Notes: generated by a model from the sequence alone, not told the origin. A DNA stretch of 64,000 bases from Thermotogota bacterium (GCA_034660555.1 JAYEJL010000165.1:42109-106108), one strand, 5' to 3'. Numbered from the stretch's first letter, positions 46,991 to 57,414 are shown. Translations and numbers: made by a program.

Positions 46991-47458
46991 ATGTTAACAG
47001 TAGCAACAAAAACCGCAGTTGATATGTTTCTAGTAGAAGACAGCGATGATTTTGATGATGCAATAAATAAAAACACTCTTGTAGAGTTTTTTTACGAACA
47101 TCTTGGTAAATTTGGGGATCCTAAGAAAGACATTGAGAAATCAATAGATTACGCCCTTTCTGAAGAAGAAGGAAAAGGTGGGTTCATATTAGTTGCATGT
47201 GAAGAAGATGAAATTGTAGGAGGAGTTATAATAAATGATACAGGTATGGGAGGCTACATACCCGAACATATACTTGTGTACGTAGCTGTAGATAAGAAAA
47301 TGCGCGGCAAAGGAATCGGCGGAGAACTTATTTCGAACGCTATTGAAAATTGCTATGGTGATGTGTCACTTCATGTAGAATATGATAACCCAGCAAAGAG
47401 ACTTTATGAAAGAATCGGTTTTGAATCAAAATACGCTGAGATGAGATTTTCTAACTAA
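46991..47458 (+). CDS. GNAT-family N-acetyltransferase
   Basis: The track ORF starts at 46982 (GTG inside the RBS). The ATG at 46991 lies 8 nt after TAGGAGG and is preferred. Acetyl-CoA motif VAVDKKMRGKGIGGELI. Confidence 0.8.
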   Translation: MLTVATKTAVDMFLVEDSDDFDDAINKNTLVEFFYEHLGKFGDPKKDIEKSIDYALSEEEGKGGFILVACEEDEIVGGVIINDTGMGGYIPEHILVYVAVDKKMRGKGIGGELISNAIENCYGDVSLHVEYDNPAKRLYERIGFESKYAEMRFSN

Positions 47459-47472
47459 CTTTTAACTGATAT

Positions 47473-47500
47473 AAAAAACGCCCTGGAAGGGGCGTTTTTT
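47473..47500. terminator. bidirectional rho-independent terminator between convergent genes
   Basis: A6-CGCCC-(6-nt loop)-GGGCG-T6. Confidence 0.75.
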
Positions 47501-47507
47501 AGTTTTT

Positions 47508-48347
47508 TTATTCTTTTATCCCTGAACGCACAAGACTTTTAACAAATAAGTCTTGAAGCGTGAAAAATACAATTAATGTTGGAATTACAGCTATCATAGT
47601 CCCTGCCATAATAATTCCCCAGTTATTTGCTGATTCTGCATCTATCATCATCTTTACTCCAACCTGTACTGTTTTCATTTTATCTTCCATAGTTATTATA
47701 AGAGGCCATAGATACATATTCCATGCATACACAAAATTTATTATCGTGGCTCCTCCAATAACTGCCTTTGAGAGTGGCAAAAGAATCTTTATGAAATATC
47801 TAACAGGACCTGCACCATCAATAAGAGCAGAATCTTCCAGAGATTTTGGTATAGTCAAAAAATGCTGTCTAAGCAAGAAAGTGTTTGTTGCACTTGCCAT
47901 AAATGGTATGGTAAGTGCCCAATATGTATTAACCCAACCAAATTTGCTCATTAAACTGTATAAAGGAACAATCATAACTGTTTCAGCAGGCAAAAACAAT
48001 GTAGCGAAAAGAAAACCAAAAGCAAGTCTGTTACCTACAAATTTGAAGTTCGCAAAGGCATATCCTGCTAACGTGCCTGTAAATATCTTTCCAGCTGTTA
48101 TTAGTATTGCCACAATAGCACTATTTAATAAAAGTCTTCCAAAGGGTACTGTATGAAACGCTTGAACATAATTTTGCCATCTAAAAGCAGTGGGGAAAAA
48201 CTTTGGTGGAAAAGAAAAAACAGCTGAAGGAGGCTGAAGACTTATAGTTATAGCCAGTATTATTGGCATAATGAATATAAAAGATATTATCGCAAGAACT
48301 GTCATTATTATAATTGTATTCATTCTTTTACGAGTAGAAATTGTCAT
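47508..48347 (-). CDS. carbohydrate ABC transporter permease (MalG/UgpE type)
   Basis: 279 aa with 6 TM segments and EAA loop EDSALIDGAGPVRYFIKILLPLSK. Confidence 0.85.
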   Translation of the reverse strand: MTISTRKRMNTIIIMTVLAIISFIFIMPIILAITISLQPPSAVFSFPPKFFPTAFRWQNYVQAFHTVPFGRLLLNSAIVAILITAGKIFTGTLAGYAFANFKFVGNRLAFGFLFATLFLPAETVMIVPLYSLMSKFGWVNTYWALTIPFMASATNTFLLRQHFLTIPKSLEDSALIDGAGPVRYFIKILLPLSKAVIGGATIINFVYAWNMYLWPLIITMEDKMKTVQVGVKMMIDAESANNWGIIMAGTMIAVIPTLIVFFTLQDLFVKSLVRSGIKE

Positions 48348-48357
48348 TCAAACCACC

Positions 48358-48726
48358 TCATTGATAATGAACTCTGCGTTCGCCAAATCTAAAATAAATT
48401 ATAGTAACAATAAACATAACAACAAACATAATTACGCTTTGTGCTGAAGCCAGGCCCTTTTTGTGAAATGCAAAAGCATCAAGATATAATCTGTAGATCA
48501 TGTTGGTTGTATAGCCTCCAGGCCCTCCACTAGTCATAACATCAACGATAGCAAAGGAACGGAACATTGTCGTAACGATATTCATGATCACCAAATAAAA
48601 TGTTATAGGCGAAACGAGTGGAAAAACAATTTTCCATACCTTTGTCATCATACCTGCTCCATCTATTGTGGCCGCTTCGAGCAGATTTTTAGATACATCC
48701 TGTATACTTGCTACATAAAAAATCAT
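48358..48726 (-). pseudogene. 5'-truncated remnant of a MalF/UgpA-type ABC permease
   Basis: Only 122 aa. It starts just before the EAA loop (EAATIDGAGMMTKVWKIVFPLVSP), so about 170 N-terminal residues with TM1-3/4 are missing. Only 47 bp separate it from the next upstream ORF fragment. Confidence 0.7.
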
Positions 48727-48773
48727 AGAATTAATATTTTAAATTATAATAGCTTATAAAAGTAACACACTAC

Positions 48774-49674
48774 TTAATTATCATCTTTCTCCAATCTTCT
48801 ATAATTTTTCAATATTGATAAAGCCTTTAGAGTTAGTATTCCCTGCCACTCTTTATATGCAGGTTCCATTTCTTTTGTATAGTAACTCCTTCCCCAGGGC
48901 GGCTCTATTCTTCCCCTTTTCTCAAGCATCTCTATGATAAAATCCGGATTTTCATTTATTTTTTTGTCTGAAATTGAGAATCGTTGCTTTTCTGGTGATT
49001 CTACAAAATAAATAGGTTGTGGTACGTATTCGTGCCATCTTGATGAATCATATACTATAACCTGCACAATCGCGTCAGTTATTTTCTATTTTAGCTGCTC
49101 ATTCTTATCATTAAGAACTTCAAACAGTTTTAAATAACAGAAAATTTCATTCTAAGAATTAAACTCTTCTTTGTTCACTATATTATTTATCGCGATATCA
49201 ACAAGTTTTTCCACATCAAGTTTGTCTACATACTGAATGCACTTAAACAAATAAGCAATAATTTCTGCAGATGGGTTTCCCCAGTTTTTATCAATGACTG
49301 TTATTCCTGTTTTTTCATCAAAATGCCACCAAGGAGCATGTGGGTAATCGTTAACTTTTCTATTTAGTGAATACCAACCATTTCTTCTTTCATTAAAAGG
49401 GCCTTCAAAATATCTGATCGCAGAATTAATCATTTTTTAAGCTCTGGCAGTTTTATCAAATTCCTTTAAATGTCTAACTCCAAATCCTTAAATCCGGTTC
49501 AATTGCGTTCCCAAATCCTCCATCATCAATTTGAAATTTTTCGAGTACATCCAGTACGTTTTTCTCATCTTCGTTAAAAAAGCGATATTCTAAATAATTC
49601 TTTTCCAGTGGTCTTGCATTTCCTCTGATAAAGCTAACCGCTCTGTCAAAAGCATTCCTGTTTAAATATCTCAT
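48774..49674 (-). pseudogene. fragmented gene for an alpha/alpha-toroid-like (QxDDGGFG repeat) protein of unknown function
   Basis: Three collinear ORF fragments (49474-49731, 49152-49433, 48774-49067) lie in different frames and are separated by stops. The likely true start is the ATG at 49674, after AGGAGGGG. Between fragments 1 and 2 there is one frameshift and one TAA (..ARA*KMINSAIRY..). Confidence 0.6.
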
Positions 49675-49797
49675 ATTGCCCCTCCTGAAATATTTTCTAC
49701 TATAATAATATACCTCAAACAATGAACTCATTACATTTAAGTAATGTCAAAATTTCGCAACAAGAATCATCAACTTAATGTTGAGAGGAGAATGAGT

Positions 49798-51936
49798 ATG
49801 AGAAAGAAATTAATATTGTTCCTCATGCTACTTAGTGCTCTATTTGTTTTTTCTGATGGAGTTTTGATACCACCTTCAGAGTTTATCCCACCAACACCAG
49901 ATCATACACCACGTTTCATAATGAACTATCACAATGTAAAAATCGAGATCGATAAAGGTATTGCGAAAATTACCATCGAGGAGGAATTTGAGAATCCTTA
50001 TGATTACCCACTGGAAGCTATGTATCTATTTCCTGTTCCACCAGAAGCAGTTATAAATGATTTTCTTATGAAATCAGGAGATGAGGTGTTAAAGGGTAAT
50101 GTGCTTCCTGCAGATGAAGCAAAAAAAACGTATCAGGATATTGTAGCCAGAATGAAAGACCCGGCTCTGCTTGAATACGCAAATAACAGGCTTATCAAGC
50201 TTAGTGTATTTCCTTTCGAACCGCATGAAAAACGCTCTTTTGTGATTGAATACATTCAAAACCTGGAAATAATCAACGAAGCATATGTCCTTCAGTATCC
50301 GTTAAAGATCGAAAACCAGTTACTTGAACCAATAAGAAATATCAGAATCAGAATTATCGATATGAATAATGAGATAGCAGACATATATTCACCTACTCAT
50401 TTTCTAGAAAGAGCTGGAACCGATAATACTGAATGGTATTTTGAAGACAAAAATTATTCACCAAATAACGATTTAAAACTTGTAATGACACCTTTGGAAG
50501 AGGAAATCTCTTCTTCATCCCTTTCTTACTGGGACATTCAAGAAGATAAGGGTTATTTCTTACTTAATCTAATTCCAAGAATATTTGAAAAAGATGTAAT
50601 ACCCAATGATATTGTATTCGTGATGGATACATCAGGTTCCATGTCAGGAGAAAAAATCGAACAGGCTAAGAAAGCATTGATAAGAATTCTGCATATGTTG
50701 AAGAGGGAAGACAGATTTTCTATTGTACTTTTTGACAGCGATATTAAAGAAATAACGGGAGGACTTCAAACTATAGATAATGTACAAACGTACATCAAAA
50801 TTATTGAAGATATACAAGCAGGGGGATTAACCAACATCAATGATGCTCTTTTAAAATCGGTTGTAATTCTTTCTAATGATTCCCAGAAAAGATTCAAATC
50901 CATCTTATTCCTTACTGATGGAGAACCAACCGAAGGAGAACTTGTACCAAATAATATTATAGGAAATGTTAAAAATGCAATAGGAAATAAACCAATTCAT
51001 CTGTTCGTATTCGGTGTTGGTTACGATGTTAATGCTTCTCTACTCGACAGACTTGCAGGAGATTCTTCAAAAATACAGTATGTTGAACCAGGCGAATATA
51101 TTGATGAAAAAGTCTCCGCTCTATTCACGAAAATCGAAACACCAGCCTTAAGTGATGTCCATATCGAAATAATTGGTCCGCAAATAGACAAGATTGTTCC
51201 AGGTAGCGTATTTACTTTATTTGCTGACACTGCTTTTAGAATAAGCGGGCTATTTAAAGAACCGGGAAAATTAATAGTAACAATAACAGGTAAAAGAGGC
51301 GAAAAGGAACATACCTATGTTTATAGTTTTGATTTGACAATGAATTATGCAAATAACTTTGTGTCTGTATTATGGGCTCAAAAAAGAATAGCACAACTCG
51401 CAGATAGATACAGATATGAAGATCTAAATGAAACTCAGTTAACAGAAATTGAAAATGAAATTATTTCTTTGTCCAAGAAATATAACATAATAAATGAATT
51501 CACTTCATACTTGATAGCACCTGATAGAGTCGCAGAAGAAATTGAATTTAGCAATATCATGGGAACTGGAATGACTTATGCTTCAAAACCATCTCCGGAC
51601 AAGACTTCACAGGTAAAGAGCTCGAAGGCAGTATCTGAAATGGCACAGGATCAAATTCAAGAGGGTGAAGCTGATTTTGTGTTTATTGACAAAAAGCTCT
51701 TTACAAAAGACGAGTCAGGCGTCTGGTATCAGGAAGGTTATGAAGATTCAGAAAACGATGAAATTATTATAAAAGCATACAGTGACGTTTATTTTCACTT
51801 AATGAATATGGAAAATTGGATTATGGACTTATTCTTGCTGGGTGATGAAATCAGATTCATTTACAATGACTATAAAATTTCTATAACAAAAGAAGGAATA
51901 GAAGCAATTGTAGATTTACCCGAAGAATTAAAGTAG
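49798..51936 (+). CDS. secreted VIT-domain + von Willebrand factor type A domain protein
   Basis: The track ORF starts at 49744. The ATG at 49798 after GAGAGGAG gives the signal peptide MRKKLILFLMLLSALFVFS. VIT-like N-domain (YHNVKIEIDKGIAKITIEEEFENP...). vWA MIDAS motif VFVMDTSGSMSG, and later LTDGEPT. Confidence 0.8.
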   Translation: MRKKLILFLMLLSALFVFSDGVLIPPSEFIPPTPDHTPRFIMNYHNVKIEIDKGIAKITIEEEFENPYDYPLEAMYLFPVPPEAVINDFLMKSGDEVLKGNVLPADEAKKTYQDIVARMKDPALLEYANNRLIKLSVFPFEPHEKRSFVIEYIQNLEIINEAYVLQYPLKIENQLLEPIRNIRIRIIDMNNEIADIYSPTHFLERAGTDNTEWYFEDKNYSPNNDLKLVMTPLEEEISSSSLSYWDIQEDKGYFLLNLIPRIFEKDVIPNDIVFVMDTSGSMSGEKIEQAKKALIRILHMLKREDRFSIVLFDSDIKEITGGLQTIDNVQTYIKIIEDIQAGGLTNINDALLKSVVILSNDSQKRFKSILFLTDGEPTEGELVPNNIIGNVKNAIGNKPIHLFVFGVGYDVNASLLDRLAGDSSKIQYVEPGEYIDEKVSALFTKIETPALSDVHIEIIGPQIDKIVPGSVFTLFADTAFRISGLFKEPGKLIVTITGKRGEKEHTYVYSFDLTMNYANNFVSVLWAQKRIAQLADRYRYEDLNETQLTEIENEIISLSKKYNIINEFTSYLIAPDRVAEEIEFSNIMGTGMTYASKPSPDKTSQVKSSKAVSEMAQDQIQEGEADFVFIDKKLFTKDESGVWYQEGYEDSENDEIIIKAYSDVYFHLMNMENWIMDLFLLGDEIRFIYNDYKISITKEGIEAIVDLPEELK

Positions 51937-52068
51937 TACACAATTTCGTAATAACTGAGTTAACCTATCCATATATCATAGACTTTAGTAAACCAGATGA
52001 TATCCTATAATGTAATCATTCAAAACTCTCATTCTGTTGAATGAAAAACATGCAAAAGGTGACAGACA

Positions 52069-52923
52069 TTGGTATTATTTATAAAGATCGTTCTTATTAT
52101 TGATGTGATAATAGCTACTCTGGCAGGAATAGTATTCTTTGCCAATAAAGCATTCAACGATCGTGTGGAGAAAGAGATTAATGAATTATTTGAAAATGTA
52201 TCAATTGGAGGCAAAAAGGTAATTACACAAGCAGATCTTGAAGAACTTCCCGCTTCAGTAAAAGACTGAATGCATTTTGCAGGAGTCATTGGCAAAGAAA
52301 GAATAGATACAGTAAGATTAAAGCAAAATGCTGAAATGAAACTTAAAAAAGATAAAAAATGGATGCCGGCAGAAGCTGAACAATATTTCACTACTCACCC
52401 TCCTGCATTTATATGGAAAGCGAGGATCAAAGCAGCTCCATTTTTTCATATCGTTGGAAGGGATAAATACACTAATGGCGAAGGCAACATGCAAATAAAA
52501 ATTCTTTCTCTATTTACGATAGCTGATTCCAGTGGAAAAGAAATGAATCAGGGTACACTGTTACGATATCTCGCAGAAACAGTTTGGTTTCCAACTGCAG
52601 CCTTGAGTAACTTCATTAAATGGGAAGAAATTGATGATAACAAAGCAAAAGCTACAATGAACTTTGGGAATACAACTGCTTCAGGAATTTTTTCGTTTAG
52701 TGGTAAAGGATGTGTTGAGAACTTTACAGCTCAACGATACAAAGAAACCGACGGTAAGTATTCACTTGAAACATGGTCAGTAAATATGTTTAAATATAAA
52801 AAACTGGACGGATTTATGATACCAACGAAGGGTGAAGTCACCTAGAAGCTCAATGATGGTGATTTCACCTGGTATAGATTTGAGATAACAGATATGGTAT
52901 ATGACGAAATTGCCACAAATTAA
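52069..52923 (+). pseudogene. DUF6544-like protein gene with two in-frame stops (TGA 52267-52269, TAG 52843-52845)
   Basis: One continuous frame reads TTG-start MVLFIKIVLIIDVIIATLAGIVFF...LPASVKD*MHFAGVIGKERI...PTKGEVT*KLNDGDFTWYRFEITDMVYDEIATN(stop 52921). Track ORFs 52069-52269 and 52270-52845 are contiguous in this frame. Confidence 0.65.
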
Positions 52924-52937
52924 TGTTCTCATTAAAT

Positions 52938-52965
52938 AAAAGCCAGCTGAAAAGCTGGCTTTTTT
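52938..52965. terminator. bidirectional rho-independent terminator between convergent genes
   Basis: AAAA-AGCCAGC-TGAAAA-GCTGGCT-TTTTT. Confidence 0.75.
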
Positions 52966-53000
52966 ACAATATCACAATTTCTTATTGGTTCATTTAACTG

Positions 53001-53873
53001 TCATTCATAGCGAAAATATTTTATCCAGGGAACAATGTATTTGCCCGTTTCTATGAAACCAAATTTTTTGTAGAAAGGTACATTTGATTGCATATAAGTA
53101 CATCTGGCTCCATATCTTCTCATTCTATTCAGTCCTTCCTTCAACAGCTCGGAAGCAAGACCCATTCCTTGATGCTCAACATGAGTTCCAACAGGTTCAA
53201 AAACAGCGTATTCATTTTTTTGATCAACCCATATGGTACAGAAAGAAACGTAATCACCATTGGGAGCCTTAATAAATAAATCAAGATCCTTGCGATAGTC
53301 TGGTGCTTTTTGCATCTCCCTCAACACCGAGGGAGGTAACCATTTTGAGAGAGGATATTGTCCTCCAAAGGAAAGCATTTTGGCTTTTCCTCTCTTATAA
53401 GGGTTATCCTCTTCTTCTACACTCATTAATGTATAACCTTCTGGTAATTTCATTTTCCTGGTTTCGTTGATCTTTATACCGCCGACTCTGTCTGCAAGGT
53501 TTTCTTCAATGTAGTCGATTATTTCACCATACAGATGAAAATAGTCAGGATGAATCTGTATCCATGCTTCACCAGGCTCTTCATTCTCGGAATGAGCTGC
53601 AGCAACAATTCTACCATCTTCATTTTCCCATATACCTATGGTCTTTTCCCAGAAATACAATTCATCACGAAAATAATGCTTCGGTCTCGTTGGGACGCCA
53701 AAATACTGAACATTGTAATGGTTGTGTGTAGGAATTACCTGAAATCTGCAAAAATTCCATCTGTCAATTAACCAGTTAAATGGTCCATTGTAAAGCGAAT
53801 AACTGTCGACTAACAAATCTCTTATCTTCATGTAGTCCTTCTCGGGAACATACGATCTCTGCCTTACGGTCAT
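53001..53873 (-). CDS. GNAT-fold acetyltransferase-like protein (two-domain, 290 aa)
   Basis: The C-terminal half carries the acetyl-CoA-binding signature VGTHVEHQGMGLASELL...FYKKFGF. Confidence 0.65.
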   Translation of the reverse strand: MTVRQRSYVPEKDYMKIRDLLVDSYSLYNGPFNWLIDRWNFCRFQVIPTHNHYNVQYFGVPTRPKHYFRDELYFWEKTIGIWENEDGRIVAAAHSENEEPGEAWIQIHPDYFHLYGEIIDYIEENLADRVGGIKINETRKMKLPEGYTLMSVEEEDNPYKRGKAKMLSFGGQYPLSKWLPPSVLREMQKAPDYRKDLDLFIKAPNGDYVSFCTIWVDQKNEYAVFEPVGTHVEHQGMGLASELLKEGLNRMRRYGARCTYMQSNVPFYKKFGFIETGKYIVPWIKYFRYE

Positions 53874-53937
53874 AAGCTTCTCCCAAACCCAATAAACTTA
53901 AAAAAGTGTATTATAACCAAAGTTTGCTTTTTCACAT

Positions 53938-55269
53938 CTATTCTCCAGTAAATGAAACATTATCAACCAAAATATAAGGCAGTTCACCTATAAACGTCTG
54001 TTCTGTTTCATCAGATACTGCCACAACATTGCTGAACATCTCAAAAATCTTCGTTCCCATCATGACACCCGTTAGTGGATGAGCTCTCTGACCATTTTCT
54101 ATGAACCATCCCCCCTTTACTGTTCCGGAAACAATGCCATTGATTGGATTAGCATTCCCGCTGAAGCGATTTATGAAAACTCCTTGATTTATACTTTTTG
54201 TTATTTCTTTAAGTGATTTTTCCCCGGGAATCTCAATATTATGCAATTCTATGGCTGGAAGTTCAGAGAAATCACCGGATGCATGCCCGGTTGATTTACA
54301 ACCAAGATGTTTTGCGCTGTAATTATTATGAATAAAGTTTCTTAATATTCCATTTTCAATTAAAGTAATCTTTCCAGTTGGGGTTCCTTCTCTATCAAAC
54401 ACAGTGGAATATGGTGAATTATCTACCAGTGGATTATCCATAATCGTGAGCCTTTCATTTCCAACAGCTTCATTTAATTTATTATGAAAGGGACTTCTCT
54501 TTCTTAATACATGCTCCCCATTCAGCAAAATACTCAGCGATTGACCAAACAGAGCTGCTACCACCTGTGGACTTAGGAGGGCCATTCCATTAAATGATTT
54601 GCATGGATGAGCACCCAGTGCATTTATTACAGAAGAGGCAAATTGTGTGGCTGTAGAATTGAGTTTTTCTTCAATATTCTTCAAATTTGTACTAACACCA
54701 AATCTATAATCGAAGGATGAAATATCTTCGCCATCAATGGCCATCCCAAATAATAAATATGTCAACATTGTTTTTTTCTTCTTTGCGCTGAGCCCCAGCG
54801 TATTACCTATTTCATCTTCGATTACTGTAAGTTCTACATTTGCCGAATCAAGAGAAATCCTTTTATCATACTCCTTGGCTGTCCTGAAAAATGACCTGGC
54901 CAGTTTCATGAGTTCAGGCAAACGATATGATGCCATATCTTCAGAGTAAAGCCCTTTTAATTCAGTATAAGAAGAAGCGGGAGTCAAGACATTTCCGATA
55001 TCCTTAGTTCCCATATCTGAGATTAAGGTTGCTTCATTTGTAATTTTTTCAATTGACTCGTCATTGAGCACATTTGTTGAAGAAAATCCCAGCTTGCCAT
55101 CTTTAATCACTCTGACTCCAATGCCTTCCACTTCGTCTTCGTGCAATGTCTTCAACTCATTTTTCTCAAAGAAAATTCTGACACGTTTTTTTGAGCGAGA
55201 AAATACTTCAATATCGTAATTTCCCTTTTTTCTTATCCTGTCAAAAATGGTCTTTATGATTTCATTCAT
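53938..55269 (-). CDS. pmbA: PmbA/TldE-family metalloprotease subunit
   Basis: 443 aa from the TldD/PmbA family, without an HExxxH motif. Lies immediately downstream of tldD (1-nt overlap). Confidence 0.85.
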   Translation of the reverse strand: MNEIIKTIFDRIRKKGNYDIEVFSRSKKRVRIFFEKNELKTLHEDEVEGIGVRVIKDGKLGFSSTNVLNDESIEKITNEATLISDMGTKDIGNVLTPASSYTELKGLYSEDMASYRLPELMKLARSFFRTAKEYDKRISLDSANVELTVIEDEIGNTLGLSAKKKKTMLTYLLFGMAIDGEDISSFDYRFGVSTNLKNIEEKLNSTATQFASSVINALGAHPCKSFNGMALLSPQVVAALFGQSLSILLNGEHVLRKRSPFHNKLNEAVGNERLTIMDNPLVDNSPYSTVFDREGTPTGKITLIENGILRNFIHNNYSAKHLGCKSTGHASGDFSELPAIELHNIEIPGEKSLKEITKSINQGVFINRFSGNANPINGIVSGTVKGGWFIENGQRAHPLTGVMMGTKIFEMFSNVVAVSDETEQTFIGELPYILVDNVSFTGE

Positions 55270-56657
55270 TATTTTCTACCTCCGATCCTAACCTTGCAGC
55301 GCAGGTGCGGTCCCCCTGCATCTACCTTTGCAGGTTGATGTTTGCCACAATAACCGGCTCCCAGAGTAAAAAGGAAGTCATTAGCTACGGCATCAACTGA
55401 TTTAAGAACATCAAAGGCTTGCCCTGAAATCGTTACCTCTCGCAACGGTTCAGTAATCTTACCATTTTCGATTTTGTTGGCTTCTAAAACACCAAACATA
55501 AATTCAGCATTGGCATCAGCCTGACCTCCACCTCCAAGTCCTTTTAAATATAAACCGTTTTTTGTTGAGCTAATAAGGTCATCTACAGAGGATTCGCCAG
55601 GCGCTATGTAAGTATTTCTCATTCGAATTATAGGTTCGTCGGAATAATTGAATGCTCTTGCGTTTCCTGTAGGTTCAACATCAAAAATTGCTGCAGATTC
55701 AGCATCGTGTAAATAAGATTTCATAACTCCATCTTTTATTACTTCCACTTTCTTTGGCTTATTACCTTCATCATCAACCAACACCATACCTGTTGCGCCA
55801 TCCCAAAAATTAGGTGTGGGATCATCTACAAGCGTTACCAGTTCACTGGCTACCTTTTTACCCAATTGTCCCTTTGCTGCAGAACCACTAAGTACAAAAT
55901 CTGCCTCTACCGTGTGTCCAATGGCTTCGTGTGCTAAAACACCAACTAACGATGGATGCAACACAACGGTGTAAATTCCACCTTCAGGTGATTCTTTTCC
56001 CAATTTTGTTAATGCTATTTTTGCAGCTTCCTCAGCTGTTCTTTCATATGATCTATCTTTAAAGAGCTCCTTCCATCCTCCAGTAGCTCCAAAACTCGCA
56101 TATCCCAGTTCCATATCGTTACCGTCAGATGCAAAAGCTGCAACCCTGAAGTCAGCCTTCCTGTCAGAATAGGTTATTTCAGTTCCATAATTGGATACCA
56201 TCATTTTTTCATCAATAATTTCAGTATACGTTGATGATGAAGAAACGATTTTTTCACTCACAGATTTCGTTTTTTCAGCAGCTTTCCTGACCAAAGATAT
56301 TTTTTCATCCACTGAATGATTTTCCAGCGGATCTGTTTCAGGGACAACTAATGTCCCTTTGTTAGGAAAAAAACGTGGTTTGCTGTACTTGCCAGGTTTA
56401 TCCTTTTTTCCTTCTCTGGCAGATTTTATAGCGCTGTTAATGGCTTTCTTAATATCGTCTTCCCTTATGTTGCTGGTACTTGCAAAACCCCAAACACCTT
56501 CATACCATACTCTCACACTTATCCCGGAGTATTCTTTAGTCGACGCTTCCTTTAGTACATCGTTATCAATGTAATACACCCTGGATGTTCTTCCCTGATA
56601 CTTCAGAAGCACTGGAAAAGAAGTTTCAGGAAGCAGACTTTTCAAAAACTCAATCAT
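55269..56657 (-). CDS. tldD: TldD-family metalloprotease
   Basis: 462 aa. Contains the TldD zinc motif GVLAHEAIGHTVEADF and the C-terminal GxC motif (GAGYCGK). Confidence 0.9.
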   Translation of the reverse strand: MIEFLKSLLPETSFPVLLKYQGRTSRVYYIDNDVLKEASTKEYSGISVRVWYEGVWGFASTSNIREDDIKKAINSAIKSAREGKKDKPGKYSKPRFFPNKGTLVVPETDPLENHSVDEKISLVRKAAEKTKSVSEKIVSSSSTYTEIIDEKMMVSNYGTEITYSDRKADFRVAAFASDGNDMELGYASFGATGGWKELFKDRSYERTAEEAAKIALTKLGKESPEGGIYTVVLHPSLVGVLAHEAIGHTVEADFVLSGSAAKGQLGKKVASELVTLVDDPTPNFWDGATGMVLVDDEGNKPKKVEVIKDGVMKSYLHDAESAAIFDVEPTGNARAFNYSDEPIIRMRNTYIAPGESSVDDLISSTKNGLYLKGLGGGGQADANAEFMFGVLEANKIENGKITEPLREVTISGQAFDVLKSVDAVANDFLFTLGAGYCGKHQPAKVDAGGPHLRCKVRIGGRK

Positions 56658-56808
56658 TACAACACCTCCATAATCACGTTAACAAAACTATAAATCATTC
56701 CACATTTATGTATAATTATACATGTTAATCAATGTCAATTTTTAAACAAAAGTTGGTGTTTTTTGCTCTAATCAGCCAACAAAAATATTTAAGAAAGGTT
56801 GATACCAA

Positions 56809-57414
56809 ATGGTTGATGTATTTGTTTCACCGTTTCTGGAAGCCAACAGTTACATTCTTTCCATAGAAAAAGTGTTATTTGTAATAGATGCAGTTAGAGG
56901 AATTACACAGTTCATTAAAGAAAATTACCCGAAAAAAGAAATCGTATTACTACTAACCCACGCTCATGTGGACCACATATATGATATACCACAACTCAAA
57001 CCTTCAAGAATATATATACATGAATCTGATAAAGAGATTCTGAAAGATCCATCACTGAACCTTGGAAGATTGTATGGATTTGATGAACTTGATTTAGCCA
57101 GCTTACCACTGGTGAAATCAGAGGCATTTTCAGATGAATGGACATTTTTTCATACCCCCGGTCATTCTCCAGGATCAAGTTGTTTTCTATTTAACAACAA
57201 ATACCTTTTCACCGGCGATACAATTTTTCCCATTTCTATTGGAAGAACGGATTTTTTAGGTGGCGATAGGGTAGAAATGGAAAAGTCATTGTTTTTTCTT
57301 AAAAGAATGCTGGTTAAAAACCAGGACCTTCAGATATTTCCCGGGCACGGGCAAGAAACTTCCGCAAAGGAAGTTCTTGAAATCAACCCATTTTTAAAAA
57401 ATATCAGAATTTAA
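56809..57414 (+). CDS. MBL-fold metallo-hydrolase (glyoxalase II-like)
   Basis: 201 aa with LLLTHAHVDHIYD (HxHxDH) and HTPGHSPGS. Confidence 0.85.
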   Translation: MVDVFVSPFLEANSYILSIEKVLFVIDAVRGITQFIKENYPKKEIVLLLTHAHVDHIYDIPQLKPSRIYIHESDKEILKDPSLNLGRLYGFDELDLASLPLVKSEAFSDEWTFFHTPGHSPGSSCFLFNNKYLFTGDTIFPISIGRTDFLGGDRVEMEKSLFFLKRMLVKNQDLQIFPGHGQETSAKEVLEINPFLKNIRI

